Assembly: GCA_001179505.1 (NCBI GenBank)
Contig: CDMY01000415.1
Span: 1-64,000, forward strand
Origin: Vitrella brassicaformis CCMP3155
Taxonomy: Eukaryota; Protista; Chromerida
Reading direction: 5' to 3'
DNA: 64,000 nucleotides
Shown here: in pieces, positions 57,852-64,000 of the stretch
Numbering within the stretch: position 1 is the first letter of the stretch
How the letters are laid out: each line of letters opens with the position of its first letter
Translations under genes and position numbers: made by a program
The notes under the pieces: generated by a model
The model's database searches: none
What the model saw: only the letters and a program-made list of their open reading frames with translations
Told to the model about the DNA's origin: nothing

Positions 57852-60415
57852 TCAGCAGCGGGCAGGCAAATCGAGGAGCAATGCGTTCTGCTGTGGTGGC
57901 TGGGTGGCCGCTACGCTGTCTTGGCCGCCTTGCCGCAGCTGCTGGAACTTGGCTTTGAGGAACTCGAGCAGCGCCGCCTCCTGGTGCGCCTGCAGGAACT
58001 GCAGACATATCGACTCGAACGCTCGAGACCTCGTCTGGGCGTACTTCTGATGGCGTCACAGCCAGGCAGGCACACAGACAGACAGACAGACAGACAGATG
58101 GACAGACAGAAATATAGCCTTACGGTAGGTACGGTCCAGTAAGATGTAAGATGCACGATGTGCGGGCGTGTGAAGGGGGGGTCATGTCAATAGAGACTTA
58201 CAAGGAGGAGAATCAGTCAATCAGTCAGTCAGTCGGCAGGCATCTCCCGAGGTGCGACAACACTTCCTGCAGCACGTTGGCTTTGGCCTGCACAAGTCCA
58301 TGCAGTTGAAGGTAAGGCAAGACACGCCAGATTGTTTCTCCCTCTCGTCTTCCCGTACCTCAAAGTAGTTCCTTTCGTTGTCGGCACCTCTGTGCGGATT
58401 GCTTCTCCAAAGGAGATAGGCAGCGATTTTGGTTTTCTCCTCAATGTCATCATTGAGGGCTTGAAGTGTCGTGAGCCGCTGCTGTGTCTCGTCGTCCAGC
58501 CGCCTGCGTGCCTCCTTCTCTTGCTGAATTTCCACTTGAGCCTTCCTGAGGGCCTCGTCTTTCTGTTCGAGCTTACAATGAGGCAAAAAAACGAAACACC
58601 AAAATCACCGCAATATGTTGGATGATGCATCTTAATCATGAAGTGACCATCTTCACCATTTACCTGAGCATCGAGCTCTGCCACATGCTTCGTGAGAGAT
58701 GCAACTCTTTCCTCCAGTTCCTCCACGTGGTCCAGTGCAGCGCGCTCGCGCTCGTTGGCAGCAAACACCTCCGAGTCCTTGTCTGCCAGGCGGGCCGTCA
58801 CGTCCTCCTTCTCCTTATTCAAGGCGGCAGCGCTCTCGGCCGCTCTGGCATTGGCGTTGGCGAGACGGCTCTCTGCTGCCTTGGTCAGCTCCAACTCCTT
58901 TCGCATCTTGCCTATCTGCCGGTCTTGCTCGGCGAGCTCCGCCTCCTTTGTCTGCAGTCTGCCGTCCAACTCGGCCAACCTTTTATCCTTGCTGTCGGTC
59001 TCATCTCGATACATTTGCCGCATCTCATCAAAGTGCTCCTGCTGCTTGATCCTCTCTGGAGACACAGACGAGAGGAAGAGAGACATGAGACACATGATTA
59101 GGCCTGCAGGCGTGTGGCTGGCGAGTGATGTGTGTACCTGCTTTGAGAGTGTACACTTGTTGGTTGGCGACATCCAGTTTGCCAAAAAGCATCTCCATGG
59201 TACAGACCCTTTCCGCCTCACTTGACTTGATCATGTCTCTGAAGGGTACATGAGAAACCAAAAGGCCAAATGCAACGGAATCAAATGGTGCAGTGCAATG
59301 TGGCTCGTACCTGAATGTGTCCCTCTCTTTTGAGACGATTGCAACCACTTCTTTGAGACGTTCGACTTCTTTTTCTAGCTCGTCCCTTTCTCTCTGGGGA
59401 TCAAGAAAACAACACCGAACACAGCAAGATTCGGAAATGAGCCACTTGTGTCCAGGGTCCTGTCTACCTGACGTGCCCTTACCTTTTCCTGCTCTTGTGC
59501 CTCTTATAGCCCATCAAACAGTGACCCTCCTCGCTGCAGCGCGGCAGAGTTAGACACTTCGGCAATCGAACAAACTGGACTGTCGTCAACTGTCGACGGC
59601 TGGGTGGCATCAGCTTGGTGACACAATACTCCCTCCATATCGCCATGCAGCTTGCCAAACCTCTGCACTTCTGCCTCGAAGGCGGCCGGCAATGTGCCGA
59701 GTCTTTGTAACGGCTCCTCGAACCCCGCTCGCAGCTCCTTCACGATTTCTTGTACGACAGCCCTGTTGCGGGGCGAAGTGGGGCTCGATGCCTGGGCGGC
59801 TTCCTTCGTGTTCATGCTGACGAGCATGTCCGTCATCTTAGCCTCGACATCCTCTAAGTGACAGAGCTTTTGCAGCACCTCGGTGAGCTTCTCGTCTGCG
59901 CGGGAGGGGGGTGGTTTGAGACGAGGAAGCTCAGTCATCACAGTGCTGTTCAATTCCTCGTGTCTCTCTTCTAGCCTCGACATCCTCTGCAGGACTTGTG
60001 GGAACTGTAAGAAGGGACAGAAACGCGGCAATCGAGGCATGCCAGTGAATGTTTGAGTGATAGACAAGTGTGTGCTTAAAGTGTTCAGATAGCGGGACCG
60101 TACCTGCTCGCTCAGAGCCGTCGATTGTTGCTGTAAGAGCTCCCTGATATTAGTCTCATTCTGCTCGGCCAACTCCAGGTGCTGACGAAGTTCGCTATTA
60201 CACCGCCTCAGGTTCTGTGTGTCCGTCTCCATCCGCTCCTTCTCATTCGTGACCGCCCGAATGTCGTTTTTAAGGGCTGCGTTCTCTTCGTCCGTCTTCC
60301 CTTTCTGGCGCTGCAGCTCCTCGAGTTCATGCTCCAGTTCCCGTACTCTGTTTGGTTGGGCTGCAGCGATCTTGGCATTTTTCTCGTCATCCCAATCCGG
60401 TGTCTCCTCCATCAT
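57852..60415 (-). CDS. Long coiled-coil protein with a DUF2934-like short motif; start uncertain
   Basis: E/K/Q/L-rich heptad exons (RELEHELEELQRQKG, LAELDGRLQTKEAELAEQ) and KIAAYLLWRSNPHRGADNERNYFE|AKANVL. Confidence 0.65.
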
Positions 60416-60814
60416 CTCAGAATATGGAAACCGCCTGCAGGGAAGGGAGTAACACACACCAACACACACACAGACAGACAGGCAGATAGATGGATGGATG
60501 AATGGACGGACGTGTGTGTGTGGTGTGTGGCCCTTTCTCCCTCTCTCCCTCCCTCCTCCCCCCGTCTCACTCTCTCTCTCTTCCAGATCTGGCCCTCTTT
60601 CTGCTCTCTCTCGCTGATCTGTACCGTCGGGAGAGGGGCCGGCCGTTTCTCAGGACACAGTGGGTATCTTGAAAAGCTGTGAGCCGGAGGTGCTCAGGAC
60701 ATCGTTGTGCATCGATTGGGATTCACAGTATCGCTTCCGGATCCCATTTCCCTCGTGCGAGCTCAGATCGTCGAAAAACAACTTTCGCCCTAACTTCTCT
60801 CCTCGCTCTGTGCT

Positions 60815-61055
60815 CTCTGCTACCTTCGGAATGCGGATCGCTTCTTGCAATGATTCATCCAGCGATGGGAAGGCCAAACACCACAGCTGCACACAACACA
60901 CATCACAGAAGTCCTGGATGCTGCCGCTCCATCGTCGAAGCTCGCAAGTTGCGAGCTCGAAAGAAACGTGCGGAGGAGGGACGGAGAATTCACACGAGGA
61001 GGTCAGGATCTCTCTGGATCTGACAATCGGTGAGTTAATCTGCTCAGATCTAGAA
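60815..61055 (+). repeat. Shared upstream element, copy 3
   Basis: cggatcgct, acaccacagctgcacacaacac, gacggagaattc and the 49-nt core (61001-61049) occur in the same order as at 800-1075, but the flanking genes are unrelated. Confidence 0.75.
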
Positions 61056-61078
61056 CAGGAGGTGTTGCCCTGAGCTGC

Positions 61079-64000
61079 ATGCGTGCAGCGTTGTCAGTCT
61101 TCTCGCGGCTGGTTCTCCTGCTCGGTTATCTACCTCATCCAACTACCGCTTTTCGCTTCACAACCGCCATGGTACGAGTGCAGGACAGCACGTGCACCAG
61201 AATCAAAAAAGTGTGCACTCCTGCTGGCTGGATATGTTCTTTTCTGTCCTCCCTCACTGATGCTGCAGTCGGGACGAGGTTGGTACTACAAAAACAAATA
61301 CGGTAAGCAACGGTGCACCATGGAGTGCCGGAACGAGAAACCATCTCTCGCAAGCTTCCACCATCGCCTTGTGTCGCTTGCGAGGAAGGTGGTGGCGGGC
61401 GCGGTCGGGGCAAGCGGCCATTTGAAGACGGGTATGGCGGCCAGCAGGGGGGCTATGGCGGCGGCAGAGGGCGGGGAGGAGGGCCAGGGGGAGGCGGATG
61501 GCACCAACAGCAGGACGAACCCATGGTGGACTCCTACTCATCGCGGGAAGGCACCGGCTCTCAATTGGCCGACGAGCTGCGGAGGCTCGATGGTACGCAC
61601 ATAGGCACGCAGGCACGCGGAAGCCGACGTCCACGCGGTCAGTGCGTGTGGTGTTGGGTCATGATGTGTTCGGTTCTGTTGTGGTGTGGTGGGTGGCTTG
61701 CTGTAGGTCGTCCGTATCCTGCTTACAAGGACCTGATCGGCTCGTGGAACATGGGCGACTTCACTCTCTTACTCGACAAGTATAGCTAGATATGACCGAC
61801 AGACATACATATAGATGTGGTGTGATGTGGTGCTCTCCTGTATGGCGTGCACCACACCCATTCACACACACAGGGCCCAGTCTGACCCGTACGCACCTCC
61901 GTCTCACTTCAGAGTTCGCGTGCCGCAATCCGTCGCAAAGTGAGCAGCAAGAGAGAGAACGCTCACTTGCAATCTGCTGCACGACAGGCACTGCACTCCT
62001 GTGTGTGGGTTGGCAGGTTCCCAGCAGCGGCTTACAACAGCAAGATCCGCAATGTGGCTCTGTGCGACTACCTGACCCGTCAGCTGTGCCAGGCAGTGAG
62101 TGCTGGCGGCCTCGACAATGCGGCAGAAAACAGGGGCTGGCACGGCAGCAAGGGAGGCGACGTCCGTGTGGAGACGCCCGGCCAGCACGTCATACAGAGG
62201 AGCGCCGTGGTGGTCAACGACCAGTTCGTCGAGGCGCGATGCACCATTGCTCTGCCGGTCGGTGGCTGAGGGATGCTTGTGGTGGGTGCGCACTATGACT
62301 TGTTGGATGTCGTTTCTGCTGTGTGTAGGCTCAAGGGCGCTCCATCGAGGGCCACAAAGCCGCACAGACCCTAACACAGTACCTGCCCCACGTCGTAAGC
62401 ACACCTGCATACACAAATAGACAGACAGACAGACACGAGAGTGAAGACACGCTGTCACTGTCTGTCGTCAGGTGGCCAAGTCGCTCCTGTACGCCGCGCT
62501 CAACGCCTCCCACCTGCACGCCTTCCTCGACTCTATCGAGGACCAGGAGCACCTTCGCCAGTCCCTCGCTGACCACGACCTGGTGGCGTTCGTTGCCGAT
62601 GGGTCAGTGCTGCCCCGACGGAGCGGCGCCGACGACCAGCCGATGAAACCATCTGAGGAGAACCACCTGCAGGTGTTCCAGAGCCCGCCCTCGATGCAGT
62701 TGACGATGCACGTGCCGCACCGTGGGGCGATACGGGGGATGGGGATACGGAAGGGCATCACACTCATCTGTGGGGGAGGCTTCCACGGCAAGAGCACACT
62801 GCTGGGTGAGCGGGGCAGCGGGGGAGGGGGCGGGGCGACTCGTCATTCACTGTCTATCTCTTCATGTCTGTCCATCTATCTATCTTCAGAGGCCCTGCAG
62901 GTCGGCATCTACAACCACATCCCAGGTGACGGCCGTGAGTTTGTGGCGGTCGACCCAAACGCCGTCAAGATCAGGGCGGAGGACGGTCGATCGGTGCATT
63001 TGGTGGACATATCTCCCTTCATCAACAACCTCCCCTTCGAGAAGGACACGACCCGGTTCAACAGCGAGGACGCCTCGGGCAGCACCAGCCAGGCGGCCAA
63101 CATAATGGAGGCACTGGAGATCGGTAACTGACTGACCTGAAGTGGGTGAGGGTCTCTCCTGCGTGTGATTGCTGCCTTTGTTCGCCTGCTTGTAGGTGCG
63201 ACGACGCTGCTGGTGGATGAGGACACCTGTGCCACCAACTTCATGATTCGCGACCGTCGGATGCAGCAGCTGGTCGGCAAGTCGCGCGAGCCCATCACGG
63301 CCTTCATCTACAAGGTCAAGCCGCTCCTCACGCAGCACAACGTCAGCACTATCATGGTCGTCGGCGGATCGGGGGACTTCTTTGAAGTCGCTGACACCGG
63401 TCAGCATCACTTCACACTTCCCCGACAGACAGACAGACAGACAGACGTGCCCACACCCACTCATGGCCATGTGTGTGTGTATCCCCCATGTTGTGTGTGC
63501 AGTGATTTTGATGGACAAGTACCGGCCGTACGACGTCACCCAGGAGGCCAAGCAGATCACGGTGGACATACCGGTGCCGTACCAGTCCGACGAGGTGCAG
63601 ACGGCCACCGCCACGCAGCACCACGCCTTCGGGTCCATCGGCCACCGAATCATCGACTCAAACAACTTCCAGAGTCACTCACATCCACAAACACACAAAC
63701 GGACACCGCCACAGCATTCCCCTGTCTGTTCTCATCTTTCTTCTCCTCCTCCTCCTTGTCCCCATCATTCATTCATTCATTTCTGCAGCCAGTGGGAAGG
63801 TGTCAGCTCGTTCGCTGCGTGTCATCGGCTACGGCGACACCGACATCGAGCTCAACGGCGTGGAGCAGCTGGTGGAGACCGGCCAGGCCAGAGCCATCGC
63901 CGACGCAATGCGGAGGATGGCCGAGGGCCGGGGGCCGCTGGGAGCCATCCTGGACGGCCAGCGGAATGTCCGTGAGGTGCTGGAGCTGATCGACCAGGTG
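61079..64000 (+). CDS. Predicted ATPase of the ABC class (ABC_ATPase/COG3044, MRB1590-like) with RGG-rich N-terminus; runs off the window
   Basis: LRRLDGRPYPAYKDL, QSDPYAPPS, VAFVADGSVLPRRSG, Walker A GGGFHGKSTLL, GIYNHIPGDGRE, IRAEDGRS, DASGSTSQAANIMEALE, Walker B LLVDED, ATNFMIRD, VVGGSGDFF. Confidence 0.92.

Overview
GC-rich, intron-dense eukaryotic genomic DNA with short GT-AG introns full of (GT)n/(CTGT)n/(ACAG)n repeats and five ~300-N scaffold gaps. The style resembles a chromerid alveolate such as Vitrella, which is my inference only. No prokaryotic operons, rRNA, tRNA or CRISPR arrays were seen. Recognisable genes, assembled exon by exon by eye: two inverted copies of a sideroflexin plus small MGNLL-protein pair, a TrmK-like tRNA methyltransferase, a PARP-family ADP-ribosyltransferase with SH3-like repeats, CPSF160, a Crinkler-like (Ubl header + PD-(D/E)xK nuclease) gene, proteasome RPT3, a leader-bearing protein with two tandem unknown domains, two head-to-head long ABCC/MRP transporters, a coiled-coil gene with a decayed paralog, and an ABC-class (MRB1590-like) ATPase. 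The most unusual structure is the CPSF160 locus. It is interrupted by a ~2.1 kb same-strand foreign gene flanked by a 6-bp direct repeat, and its 5' end appears displaced by a block carrying the Crinkler-like nuclease. A shared sequence element sits in several unrelated divergent-promoter regions. Exon boundaries were assigned by hand and family assignments rest on remembered motifs; no database searches were run.
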